Shown here in pieces: positions 12,241 through 20,383 of a stretch of 33,838 nucleotides of DNA. The first letter of the stretch is position 1, and every line of letters starts with the position of its first letter. The position numbers were made by a program, and so were the translations under genes. Source of the stretch: a virus; IMG/VR virus record IMGVR_UViG_3300010266_000005, positions 1-33,838 of that record; one strand, 5' to 3'. A model generated the notes under the pieces. The model saw only the letters and a list, made by a program, of their open reading frames with translations, did not search any database and was not told the DNA's origin.

Positions 12241-13786
12241 CATGGGTGAGTTTGCCAAGACGCTGGCGCAGCCGGTGTCCGAGTCGGGCACCGGGCGGGA
12301 GCAGATCGAGTACATAGACATGGATCTTCTGGACAGTGACCCCGGCAACTTCTACGAGCTCCGCGATTTGGATAGTCTGGCGGACAACATCGCTACCATC
12401 GGCCTCCAGCAGCCCATCCGGGTGCGGGACGGCGAGAACGGTCACGCGGTGATCGTCTCCGGCCACCGCCGCGTGGCGGCTATCCGCAAGCTGGTGGAGG
12501 ACGGGCGGACGGATCTCCGCGAGGTACCCTGTATTCGTGAAAAGGGTGATGCGTCTCCGGCGCTGCGGGAGCTGCGCCTGATCTACGCCAACAGCAGTAC
12601 CCGCGCGCTGAGTTCCCCGGAGATCTCCCAGCAGGTGGAGAAGGTGCGGGAGCTGCTGTACCAGCTGAAGGAGGAAGGCTACGAGTTCCCCGGCCGCATG
12701 CGGGATCATGTGGCCGAGGCCTGCAAAATCAGCAAAAGCAAGCTGGCGCGGCTGGATGTTATCCGGAAGGGCTTGGCTCCTGGCATCCGGAAATTCTACT
12801 GGGACGGCCCCCAGAGTAAGAGTTTGAGCGAGGATGCGGCCTACACCCTCGCCCGTCTTCCGGTGGACGTGCAGCGTCAGGTGGTTGATGCATACCGCGG
12901 TCAGGCCCAGGGCGACAGCGGCCTGAAATATCTCTACGCAAGCACGGTGGAGGCTGTGACTAAGTCCGTGAGCAAGGTTAACGGTAGCCCGGCGAAGTGC
13001 CCCGATGGCGCGGCATGCTCGCACAAGGATGCGCAGGTCTCCCATACCATCAAGGTGAAGGTCAAGAGCCGCTGGTCGGACTGCGGGTGTGAGTATGGCT
13101 GCTGCGCGAAGTGCAGCTCGCTGCAAAGCTGTAAAGATGTGTGTCCAAATTTGATTGGCAAGCAGAAGGAGCTGAAGGCCGCCGCCAAGGCGGAGCGGCA
13201 GCGGGAGGCGGCCGAAAAAGAAGCGCGGCAGCGGCCGGACGCAGAGCGCGTCGGCGCCATCTGGCAGAGGTTCGGCGCCCTGCGCGAACGGGCAGGCCTG
13301 ACGCCGAAGCAGTATTTTGAGAAAATCGGCTGCCCATATAGCGGGCTTATTGAGAGGGCGGAATCTCTCGAAGCCGGCCGCGAGAAAATCGAGCCAAACG
13401 AAGGACTTCCGTTCGGCTACAATGTTGGCCTGTCCCATATCAATCAATGGGTGGCTGCGGCGGATACGCTGGGCTGCAGCGTGGATTACCTGATGCTGCG
13501 CACCGGCGAGCCGCGTATGGCGGATGAAGTGGCCGCCGTCCCGCGGGTCTGCGCCAGTCAGATGGCGCTTGCCGCGTGGATGCCCGGCGGCACGACGCCG
13601 GCAGAGCCGTGTGACGTGGTGGCGGAGTTCGACCTGAGCAGCGACGGCGAGCTGACATCTCGCTCGCTCTGCCGGTGGGACGGTGAGGCGTTCCGGTTCG
13701 GGAAGAGCAGAGACAAGATCGAGGTGCGTGTCGTCCGGTGGCTGGCGCTGCCGGAGGTGGAAAAGGAGGATGGTAACGATGATTGA
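12227..13786 (+). CDS. parB: Large ParB-like protein: N-terminal ParB/Srx domain, Cys-rich cluster, coiled-coil, XRE-type HTH, and a C-terminal domain.
   Basis: NFYELRDLDSLADNIATIGLQQPIRVR..VIVSGHRRVAAIRKL (ParB box). Cys cluster CPDGAACSH...CGCEYGCCAKCSSLQSCKDVCPN. ..LGCSVDYLMLRTGEP is an HTH ending. Start is uncertain (GTG 12218, GTG 12227 or ATG 12242). Confidence 0.75.
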   Translation: MAKFDMGEFAKTLAQPVSESGTGREQIEYIDMDLLDSDPGNFYELRDLDSLADNIATIGLQQPIRVRDGENGHAVIVSGHRRVAAIRKLVEDGRTDLREVPCIREKGDASPALRELRLIYANSSTRALSSPEISQQVEKVRELLYQLKEEGYEFPGRMRDHVAEACKISKSKLARLDVIRKGLAPGIRKFYWDGPQSKSLSEDAAYTLARLPVDVQRQVVDAYRGQAQGDSGLKYLYASTVEAVTKSVSKVNGSPAKCPDGAACSHKDAQVSHTIKVKVKSRWSDCGCEYGCCAKCSSLQSCKDVCPNLIGKQKELKAAAKAERQREAAEKEARQRPDAERVGAIWQRFGALRERAGLTPKQYFEKIGCPYSGLIERAESLEAGREKIEPNEGLPFGYNVGLSHINQWVAAADTLGCSVDYLMLRTGEPRMADEVAAVPRVCASQMALAAWMPGGTTPAEPCDVVAEFDLSSDGELTSRSLCRWDGEAFRFGKSRDKIEVRVVRWLALPEVEKEDGNDD

Positions 13787-13949
13787 CGTGAAGATTGACA
13801 AGGGCGTAAGCACCATGACGTTTGCCGGAAGTGGGCTGGAGATCGCCGCTGAAATCTGTATGATGGTTCACGGGCTGTATACGCAGCTGTACCACCGCGC
13901 CGGCCCTGCGGTGTTGATCGCCGCGCTGCGGGAGAAGGTGAATGCATGA
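13779..13949 (+). CDS. Small hypothetical protein (56 aa).
   Basis: AAAGGAGG RBS. Overlaps neighbouring genes in operon style. Confidence 0.45.
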   Translation: MIDVKIDKGVSTMTFAGSGLEIAAEICMMVHGLYTQLYHRAGPAVLIAALREKVNA

Positions 13950-14140
13950 CCAGAAAAAGGTACGTTAAGCTGCTGATGGCCTGCGGTCTCCCGCGGAACT
14001 ACTGCCAGGCGGCAGCTTGGGTTGCGAGGGAGACTGGACCCTCTTATCGGACCGACATGGAGGACTGGCTGAATTCTTTTCGGATCCGATGGCTTTTGCG
14101 CTTAAGGATGAAGACAGCAAGTATTTCTCGCGCTGCATAG
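13946..14140 (+). CDS. Small hypothetical protein. The 3' end is probably in another frame (see finding), giving 13946..14172 with a -1 shift at T4 14077-14080.
   Basis: ATGA overlap with the upstream gene. The C-terminal 20 aa in the written frame are Arg-rich and atypical, while the -1 frame is protein-like and ends in a TGATG overlap with the next gene. Confidence 0.45.
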   Translation: MTRKRYVKLLMACGLPRNYCQAAAWVARETGPSYRTDMEDWLNSFRIRWLLRLRMKTASISRAA

Positions 14141-14171
14141 ACATCTTGCGGCAAGCGTTGGGGGTGGAGTG

Positions 14172-14372
14172 ATGGTTAAAGTGTTCTGCGATATGTGCGG
14201 GCGCGAGATCGACTACGAGGTTGACGGCGTGAATCTGGATTTTAATCACTACGGCGTTGTGAGTTTTAAGAAACCATTTTCTGCGGAGAAGCAACTGTGC
14301 CTCTCTTGCGCGGCCAGGGTCTGCAACTTCGTAGAGAACGGCGCAAGAGAAGAGGAGGCCGAACATGCGTGA
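14172..14372 (+). CDS. Small zinc-ribbon-like protein.
   Basis: CDMCGRE ... CLSCAARVC (CxxC..CxxC). Confidence 0.55.
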   Translation: MVKVFCDMCGREIDYEVDGVNLDFNHYGVVSFKKPFSAEKQLCLSCAARVCNFVENGAREEEAEHA

Positions 14373-14562
14373 CGAAGATCTGTTGGCCGCGCTGCGGCGG
14401 CTGAAGGTGGAGACCGGAAGTCTGGTGTGCCTGGGCTGCGGCTATGAGCACAACTGCGGCGTTCATGGGTGCGCAATTCTGCGGAAAACGATCGCATGGC
14501 TGGAGCAGACGCTGGCAGAGGGCAGGCCTATCAGCGTCATGGAATATCGTGATGAGCGCTAA
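14365..14562 (+). CDS. Small Cys-rich protein.
   Basis: GAGGAGG RBS. VCLGCGYEHNCGVHGC. Confidence 0.55.
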   Translation: MRDEDLLAALRRLKVETGSLVCLGCGYEHNCGVHGCAILRKTIAWLEQTLAEGRPISVMEYRDER

Positions 14563-14821
14563 GGTGAACCCGCGGCGGGTACCTCGAACAGAGGCTGACG
14601 TGGCGGCCGCCTACGCAAAGGGCGTCACCGAGGGCCTGAATCGCGGCATCGAGCTGATGCTGTACGTGCTGATCGACAAGCACGCCGCGCCGATGGAAGA
14701 CGTGCAGCAGTTGGCCGCGGAGCTGAACCATGCCGCCGAGTGCGTGGCGGAGGGGTATGTCACCTGGGCCGGCGTGCGGCGCATGCTGAAGGAATACAAC
14801 GTGGAGGTAGAGTTGGTATGA
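14552..14821 (+). CDS. Hypothetical protein (89 aa).
   Basis: Internal ATG of track ORF 14444..14821, after the overlap with the upstream gene. Coding-like composition. Confidence 0.5.
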   Translation: MSAKVNPRRVPRTEADVAAAYAKGVTEGLNRGIELMLYVLIDKHAAPMEDVQQLAAELNHAAECVAEGYVTWAGVRRMLKEYNVEVELV

Positions 14822-15018
14822 TGGGCATTGTGGAGTCGGCCGAAGTCCTGAGGGCGTATCTGGATGAGTCTGCCGCGCGCGTTCCGCCTAAGGTCTACGG
14901 AGCCATATCCACGGCAGTGGTCGTGATGGATGCTGTGAGCAAAGCGATTGATGCGGCGCAGTGTGTCATGGCTGACAGCTTGCAAGCGGTTTGCGTGGAG
15001 GCTCAAGATGGACGGTGA
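14818..15018 (+). CDS. Hypothetical protein (66 aa).
   Basis: ATGATG overlap with the upstream stop. Coding-like composition. Confidence 0.45.
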   Translation: MMGIVESAEVLRAYLDESAARVPPKVYGAISTAVVVMDAVSKAIDAAQCVMADSLQAVCVEAQDGR

Positions 15019-15796
15019 AGGACGCTGGATCTGTATCCGGCAGCGGGCAGGCCCGCTGGTGAAGGAGCAGCGTGCTGTCCGGCCGCGGCTCAGCCAGTAC
15101 GACAGCCCGTATGAGCGGGCGGAGAAAAATAAAATCCTCCGCCCGCCGCGGGACTCCGGCGTCTGCCGGACGCGCATGGATCGCCTGGAGCTATTGCTGG
15201 CGCTTTTCGGTTTTGATGGGTGGAGCTACACGCTGACTTTTGACGAGGCGCATTTGCCACCCAGCTTTGCAGAGGTCCGATTATGCTGGCGCCGATTGCT
15301 CTACCAAATGAAGAAGTGGCATGACGGCGTGACGCCTGACTATGTCTACCTCATCGAGGGGCGCCATGGGGATCATCGATATCACATGCATCTTACGGTG
15401 CGATACAATGACTTCCCGCCCATGACCATGGAAGATCTCTGGAGGCAGGGATACATCATCTCGTCGCAGCCCCTGCTGCTGGGTGCGTTTGACAGCTATC
15501 GGCGTACTGCCAGATACTACTGCAAGGAGCGCAGCGACGGCATTGTCATTCCGATCGATGCCAGGACGTGGGTGGCGTCGCGCAGTCTTGCGCGGCAGTT
15601 GCCGCCGCCTGAATACTTCCGATCTGATTCGGGCCGCATTGAGATTCCGGACGATTGCCGGGTGTGCGGCCGGTATACGGTGGATAACGGGTTTGGCCAC
15701 TACCAGTATGGCTGGTACATCGAGCAGGATCCTCTCCATCCGACTGTGATAGACGGGAAGCGTATGCCGCATCAAGGCGGTTTTGGTATGTACTAA
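15008..15796 (+). CDS. HUH-superfamily rolling-circle Rep-like endonuclease.
   Basis: Motif I WSYTLTFDE, motif II (HUH) HRYHMHLTV, motif III (Tyr) RTARYYCKE, in canonical order. GGAGG RBS before ATG 15008. Confidence 0.65.
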   Translation: MDGEGRWICIRQRAGPLVKEQRAVRPRLSQYDSPYERAEKNKILRPPRDSGVCRTRMDRLELLLALFGFDGWSYTLTFDEAHLPPSFAEVRLCWRRLLYQMKKWHDGVTPDYVYLIEGRHGDHRYHMHLTVRYNDFPPMTMEDLWRQGYIISSQPLLLGAFDSYRRTARYYCKERSDGIVIPIDARTWVASRSLARQLPPPEYFRSDSGRIEIPDDCRVCGRYTVDNGFGHYQYGWYIEQDPLHPTVIDGKRMPHQGGFGMY

Positions 15797-15852
15797 ATAG
15801 TAAATGTAACTTGTGATATAGTTGAACAAATCACGAAAAGGAGGAAAACCCC

Positions 15853-16062
15853 TTGCGTATCACATCCGAATACGGTACAATATCCCCAAGGAGCGATGGG
15901 TGGTTGACCTGTCCCAGGTGCAACCGCAATCGACACTTCCTGCGGGTGCTGCCCGGCACATCCGCCACGGAGCTGCCTGTGTACTGCCGGGACTGTAAAA
16001 CGGAGATCATCCTGCATATCGAGCAAGAGGCCGGAGCGTTGAACGCCGGAGCCCATGATTAG
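15853..16062 (+). CDS. Cysteine-rich KTR-family small protein.
   Basis: AAGGAGG RBS then TTG start. CPRCNRNRHFLRVLPGTSATELPVYCRDCKTEIIL matches the CP.C..K....I...T.L.NFP.YC.KCK.E pattern as I remember it. Confidence 0.6.
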   Translation: MRITSEYGTISPRSDGWLTCPRCNRNRHFLRVLPGTSATELPVYCRDCKTEIILHIEQEAGALNAGAHD

Positions 16063-16163
16063 ACACCACACGTTGGTGCTGCGTCATGGTCTCCGGCGTT
16101 TTTGTTTTGCCGCGAGGTGATAGCCGCGAGCCGGAATGCCGGAGACGAAGACGGGAGGAACAC

Positions 16164-16511
16164 ATGGGCATTTCAGCAAGCAGGCTCGCGGAGCTGCGCG
16201 GGCTTCTCGAGTCGGGGGCGGAGCATGAGTTCTACTCCTGGCCAGAGTGGCGGCGGCTGCGCCGGGAGGTGCTCGCGGTTGATAACTGCGAGTGTCAGGA
16301 GTGCAAGCGGCGCGGCGTGTACTCCAAGGCCAGTATCGTCCATCACATCAGGCATCTGCGCGATCGCCCCGACCTGGCACTGTCCGTTTACGATGGCGAT
16401 TCCCGGCAGCTGGAGGCCGTCTGCAAGCGCTGTCACGAGGAGCTGCATCCGGATAGCCAGCGGCAATACGCGCCGCCTGCGCCGCCTCTGACGCCGGAGC
16501 GGTGGGACTGA
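16164..16511 (+). CDS. HNH endonuclease (packaging-associated type).
   Basis: CECQECKRRG....VHHIRHLRDRPDLAL....LEAVCKRCHEELH. GGGAGG RBS before ATG 16164. Confidence 0.85.
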   Translation: MGISASRLAELRGLLESGAEHEFYSWPEWRRLRREVLAVDNCECQECKRRGVYSKASIVHHIRHLRDRPDLALSVYDGDSRQLEAVCKRCHEELHPDSQRQYAPPAPPLTPERWD

Positions 16512-16849
16512 CCCCCCCTCGAAAAAACGCCCCTCGCGTCTTTTTTGCTACTCGTGGGGGTCCAGGACATTCCAGCGATTTCCGCGTCTGCGCGTCGCCG
16601 CGCTGCGCGTGGGCGCGAGGATCGCCGGGCAATTCCAGAATGAACTGCGGTTTTGCGGGGCGGGCAGCCCCGGAAGTACTCTTCTCCTTTTTCCTCGGTT
16701 CGGGCGGCTCGTCCGCCCGTCCCGCAAAGCCGCAGAAGAATGCCTCGGGCTGGTCATCCGAAGGCCTGCGCTGGATGCGCGGGGTATTGACGTAGGCTGT
16801 TTGGCCTGAGGCGGACGCGGTGTCCGAATCGGGCACGGGAGGTGACTTA

Positions 16850-18079
16850 ATGCGAATCGAGAACAGACCGCTGGCGGAGCTGACGCCGTATCGAGCCAAC
16901 GCCAAAAAGCACGACGCCGCGCAGGTGGCCAACGTGGCGGAGAGCATCCGGCAGTACGGCTTTGTGCAGCCGGTCGTGGTAGACCGGGACGGCGTGATCG
17001 TCATTGGTCACTGCCGCGCCCTGGCGGCGGAGAAGCTGGGCATGGTTGAGGTGCCCTGCGTCTGCGTGGATGATTTGACGCCGGAGCAGGTGAACGCTCT
17101 GCGTCTTGTGGACAACAAGAGCAACGAGAGTCCTTGGGATCTCGACCTTCTGGGCGCCGAGCTGCCGGAGCTGGATCTGTCAGCGTTCGATTTTGAGTGG
17201 GGCGAGTTGCCCGGCGCGGGATTTGACATCGGCTCCCCCGCTGCCTGTGCTGCCGCTGTTTCTGAAAATCCTTTAAGCGACGAAGACCCCGACTACCAGT
17301 CCTTTGTGGAGAAATTCATGCCAAAGAAAACGACAGACGACTGCTACACGCCGGAGAATGTCTACGCGGTAGTTAAGGATTGGGCCGTTGATCGTTATGG
17401 CTTATCTGGCGCGGAGGTGCTGCGCCCGTTCTATCCGGGTGGCGATTATAGGGCGGTGACCTATGACGAGAATGCCGTTGTTATAGATAACCCGCCCTTC
17501 TCAATCATCTCCGAGATCTGCAACTGGTACATGCAGAATGGCGTCCGATTCTTTTTGTTTGCCCCGGCTCTTACGCTTCTGGGCATTGGTCGAGGACGCC
17601 TGAACTATATTGCCTGCGGAGCCCCTGTCGTATTCGAGAACGGCGCAAATATAAGTATCTCCTTCGTGACGAACATGGGAGACTTCGCGGTGGAATCCGC
17701 TCCTGATCTCCGAGGACTCCTTAAGGCTGCAAACGACGAAAACTTGAGCGCAGCCCGAAAGGATCTCCCTGTGTACTCCTATCCGGCGAACGTTTTGACC
17801 GGCACAATGGTGCAATACTTTTCCTCGCATGGTGTGGATTTCAGAGTTCCCCGCGCCCACCTGTCATTTATTCGGTCTTTGGATTCTCAGCGCGAGAAAG
17901 GCAAGGGGCTCTTTGGTAGTGGCTTCTTGATTTCGGAGAAAGCAGCGGCAGAGAAAGCAGCGGCAGAGAAAGCAGCGGCAGAGAAAGCAGCGGCAGAGAA
18001 AGCAGCGGCAGAGAAAGCGGCGGCAGAAAAATGGCAGCTCTCTGATCGGGAAAAAGCCATCGTTGCGTCTCTTGGCTGA
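16850..18079 (+). CDS. ParB-like nuclease domain fused to an N6-adenine-type DNA methyltransferase domain, with a C-terminal EKAAA repeat tail.
   Basis: N-terminus LTPYRANAKKHD..QVANVAESIRQYGFVQPVVVD..VIVIGHCRALAA. C-terminal domain DCYTPENVY and VIDNPPFS (motif IV NPPF). Start is at ATG 16850 after a GGGAGGTG RBS. Confidence 0.75.
   Translation: MRIENRPLAELTPYRANAKKHDAAQVANVAESIRQYGFVQPVVVDRDGVIVIGHCRALAAEKLGMVEVPCVCVDDLTPEQVNALRLVDNKSNESPWDLDLLGAELPELDLSAFDFEWGELPGAGFDIGSPAACAAAVSENPLSDEDPDYQSFVEKFMPKKTTDDCYTPENVYAVVKDWAVDRYGLSGAEVLRPFYPGGDYRAVTYDENAVVIDNPPFSIISEICNWYMQNGVRFFLFAPALTLLGIGRGRLNYIACGAPVVFENGANISISFVTNMGDFAVESAPDLRGLLKAANDENLSAARKDLPVYSYPANVLTGTMVQYFSSHGVDFRVPRAHLSFIRSLDSQREKGKGLFGSGFLISEKAAAEKAAAEKAAAEKAAAEKAAAEKAAAEKWQLSDREKAIVASLG
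17936..18030 (+). repeat. 15-bp tandem repeat gagaaagcagcggca, about 6.3 copies (five perfect, the sixth with one A>G change), in-frame (EKAAA)n.
   Basis: Read directly from the sequence. Copies start at 17936, 17951, 17966, 17981, 17996 and 18011. Confidence 0.95.
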
Positions 18080-18098
18080 AGAAGGGAGGTGCTTTAAG

Positions 18099-18707
18099 TT
18101 GCCCCAGTTTAGAGAATTTGACCGAAAGCAATTTGAGAGCCTGTGCGGCATGCAGTGCTCCGTGGAGGAGCTGTGCGGTTGGTTTGGCTGTGATGAGACA
18201 GCTCTAAATACTTGGTGCGTGGACACCTACGGTGAGGAATTCCGGAGCGCGTTTGACCGGCTGGCTATGATGGGACGCATTGCTCTGCGCCGCGACCAGG
18301 TCGCCGCAGCGAAGAAGAATGTGTCCATGGCGCGGCATCTGGAGGCGCAGCGGGCGGGTCACGACGCGCCCCCGCAGAAGCGGAAGAACTACCGCCTGAC
18401 GGACGCCTATAAGGAGCTTCGGCAGTCGATGCTGCAGAATCTGATCGACAGAGATCTTGACGGCGACGTGTACCGGGACAAGGTGCAGGAGTATATGGAC
18501 TTCTGGGTGAGGCGGCAGGAGCTGCGGGACGACATCGCCCGGCGCGGGCTGACCGTCACGGATGACCGGGGACGGCTGATGGAGAACCGCAGCGTGTCGC
18601 TGGAGATCCAGGTCTCCCGCCAGATGCTGGCGATCTTCACCACGCTGGGCTTTAAGGAGGACGCTCTGGCGGCTGCCGCCCGGGGCGATGACGACGATGA
18701 GCTGTGA
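18099..18707 (+). CDS. terS: Terminase small subunit (P27-like C-terminal region).
   Basis: Lies immediately upstream of and overlaps TerL. ..YMDFWVRRQELRDDIARRGLTV.DDRGRLMENRSVSLEIQVSRQMLAIFTTLGF. GGGAGGTG RBS then TTG 18099; the start is uncertain. Confidence 0.65.
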   Translation: MPQFREFDRKQFESLCGMQCSVEELCGWFGCDETALNTWCVDTYGEEFRSAFDRLAMMGRIALRRDQVAAAKKNVSMARHLEAQRAGHDAPPQKRKNYRLTDAYKELRQSMLQNLIDRDLDGDVYRDKVQEYMDFWVRRQELRDDIARRGLTVTDDRGRLMENRSVSLEIQVSRQMLAIFTTLGFKEDALAAAARGDDDDEL

Positions 18708-20373
18708 GATCCCCGCGGAGGTTCTGCGCTATATCGAGATCGTCGAGTCCAATAATCCCCGCGCCTGTCCTGAGCAGCACGCACTGGTGGCGATGATCCG
18801 CCGCGTGTTCGACACGGAGGACATCTACGTGGACACGGAGCAACTGCGCCGGTACCTGAGCCTGCTGCGCTACTTCCCTTATGAACGGCTGTTCCCGTGG
18901 GAGGAGTTCCTCCTCGCGCTGTGGGACTGCACCTACCGCGCCGACGGTCGGCCGCGGTGGAAGAAGCTGCTCTGCATGGTGGGACGCGGTGCAGGCAAGG
19001 ACGGTTTCATCGCCTTTGACGGCGCATGCTCCATCTCCCCCTACAACCCCGTAAAGAACTACAACGTGGACGTGTGCGCCAACAACGAGGAGCAGGCGGT
19101 CACGCCGGTAAAGGATCTTTCCGAAGTCCTTGAATCCCCCAAGTGGGAGTCGAAGCTTAACCGGCACTACTACCACACCAAAGAGATGGTGCAGGGCCGG
19201 AAGAACAAGGGCGTGATGAAGGGGCGCACCAACAACCCGAAGGGGCGGGACGGTATGCGCTCCGGCAAGGTTGTCTTTAACGAAGTCCACGCCTTTGAGA
19301 ACTACAACAACTACAAGGTTTTCGTCACCGGCCTGGGCAAGGTTGGACAGCCGCGCATCGGGATGTTCACGTCCAACGGCGACGTGTCTGATGGCCCGCT
19401 GGACGACTTCATAGCCCAGGGGCGGCGGATCCTCTTCGAGAACGAGGCGGAGCCGGAGGGCGGCTATCTCCCGTTCATCTGCTGCCTGGAAAACCGGGAG
19501 CAGGTCAACGACCCGGAGAACTGGTTCATGGCGAACCCATCGCTGTCCTATGTCCCCCACCTACGGCAAGAGATCGAGGAGGAATACGCGGACTGGCTGG
19601 TCAATCCGGAGCAGAACGGAGACTTCCTGACGAAGCGGATGGGCATCCGCGCCGGCCAGCTGGAGATCAGCGTGACGGACTATGCCAAGGTCAAGGCGAC
19701 CAACCGGCCGCTGCCGGATCTCCGCGGGAAGTCCTGCGTGGCCGGCATCGACTACGCGGAGATCAACGACTGGGCAAGCGTCAATCTGCACTTCCGTGTG
19801 GGCGCGCAGCGTTATGACATCAGCCATTCGTGGGTCTGCCTGCAAAGCCGGTCGCTCTCCCGCATCGTCGCCCCGTGGCGATCCTGGGCAGAGGCGGGGA
19901 AGCTGACGGTGGTGGACGATGTGAGTATCGACCCCAACCTTCTGGCGGACTACCTGAAGGAGATGGGCTTGAAGTACAACATCGTCAAGCTGTCGATGGA
20001 TCACTTCCGCTGGACGCTGGTGAGCGACGCCATGCGGCGCATCGGCTTTGACGCCAGGGACAAGAACCGCGTGAAGCTGGTTCGACCCAGCGACATCATG
20101 CAGGTTGACCCGGTGATTCAGGAGTGCTTTGACCGCGACCTGTTTACATGGGGTGACAACCCGCCCCTGCGCTGGGCGGTGAACAATACCAAGAGAGTAC
20201 GCAGCGGCCAACGTGCCGGTACGAATACAGGGAATTTTTACTACGCCAAGATCGAACCGAAGAGCCGGAAGACGGATCCGTTCATGGCTCTGGTGGCATC
20301 TATGACCGAGGAGGCGGTGCTTGGCACCGGCGAGCCGGTAAAGCTGCCGCCCATCGGCGCGATCCGGCTATAG
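18688..20373 (+). CDS. terL: Terminase large subunit.
   Basis: Walker A-like VGRGAGKDG. Size and position fit. C-terminal nuclease-like region. Confidence 0.85.
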   Translation: MTTMSCEIPAEVLRYIEIVESNNPRACPEQHALVAMIRRVFDTEDIYVDTEQLRRYLSLLRYFPYERLFPWEEFLLALWDCTYRADGRPRWKKLLCMVGRGAGKDGFIAFDGACSISPYNPVKNYNVDVCANNEEQAVTPVKDLSEVLESPKWESKLNRHYYHTKEMVQGRKNKGVMKGRTNNPKGRDGMRSGKVVFNEVHAFENYNNYKVFVTGLGKVGQPRIGMFTSNGDVSDGPLDDFIAQGRRILFENEAEPEGGYLPFICCLENREQVNDPENWFMANPSLSYVPHLRQEIEEEYADWLVNPEQNGDFLTKRMGIRAGQLEISVTDYAKVKATNRPLPDLRGKSCVAGIDYAEINDWASVNLHFRVGAQRYDISHSWVCLQSRSLSRIVAPWRSWAEAGKLTVVDDVSIDPNLLADYLKEMGLKYNIVKLSMDHFRWTLVSDAMRRIGFDARDKNRVKLVRPSDIMQVDPVIQECFDRDLFTWGDNPPLRWAVNNTKRVRSGQRAGTNTGNFYYAKIEPKSRKTDPFMALVASMTEEAVLGTGEPVKLPPIGAIRL

Positions 20374-20383
20374 GAGGTGGGCA

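Noticed and set aside
16502-16795. ORFs crossing the 338-bp gap (16502..16795 +, 16348..17004 -, 16548..16757 -).
   Set aside because: They have no RBS and Arg/Gly/Pro-rich improbable proteins. The region is better treated as non-coding.
17936-18030. Perfect short tandem repeats that could be mistaken for a CRISPR array.
   Set aside because: The units are 15 bp, directly adjacent with no spacers, and in frame within a coding region (EKAAA repeats). This is not a CRISPR array.
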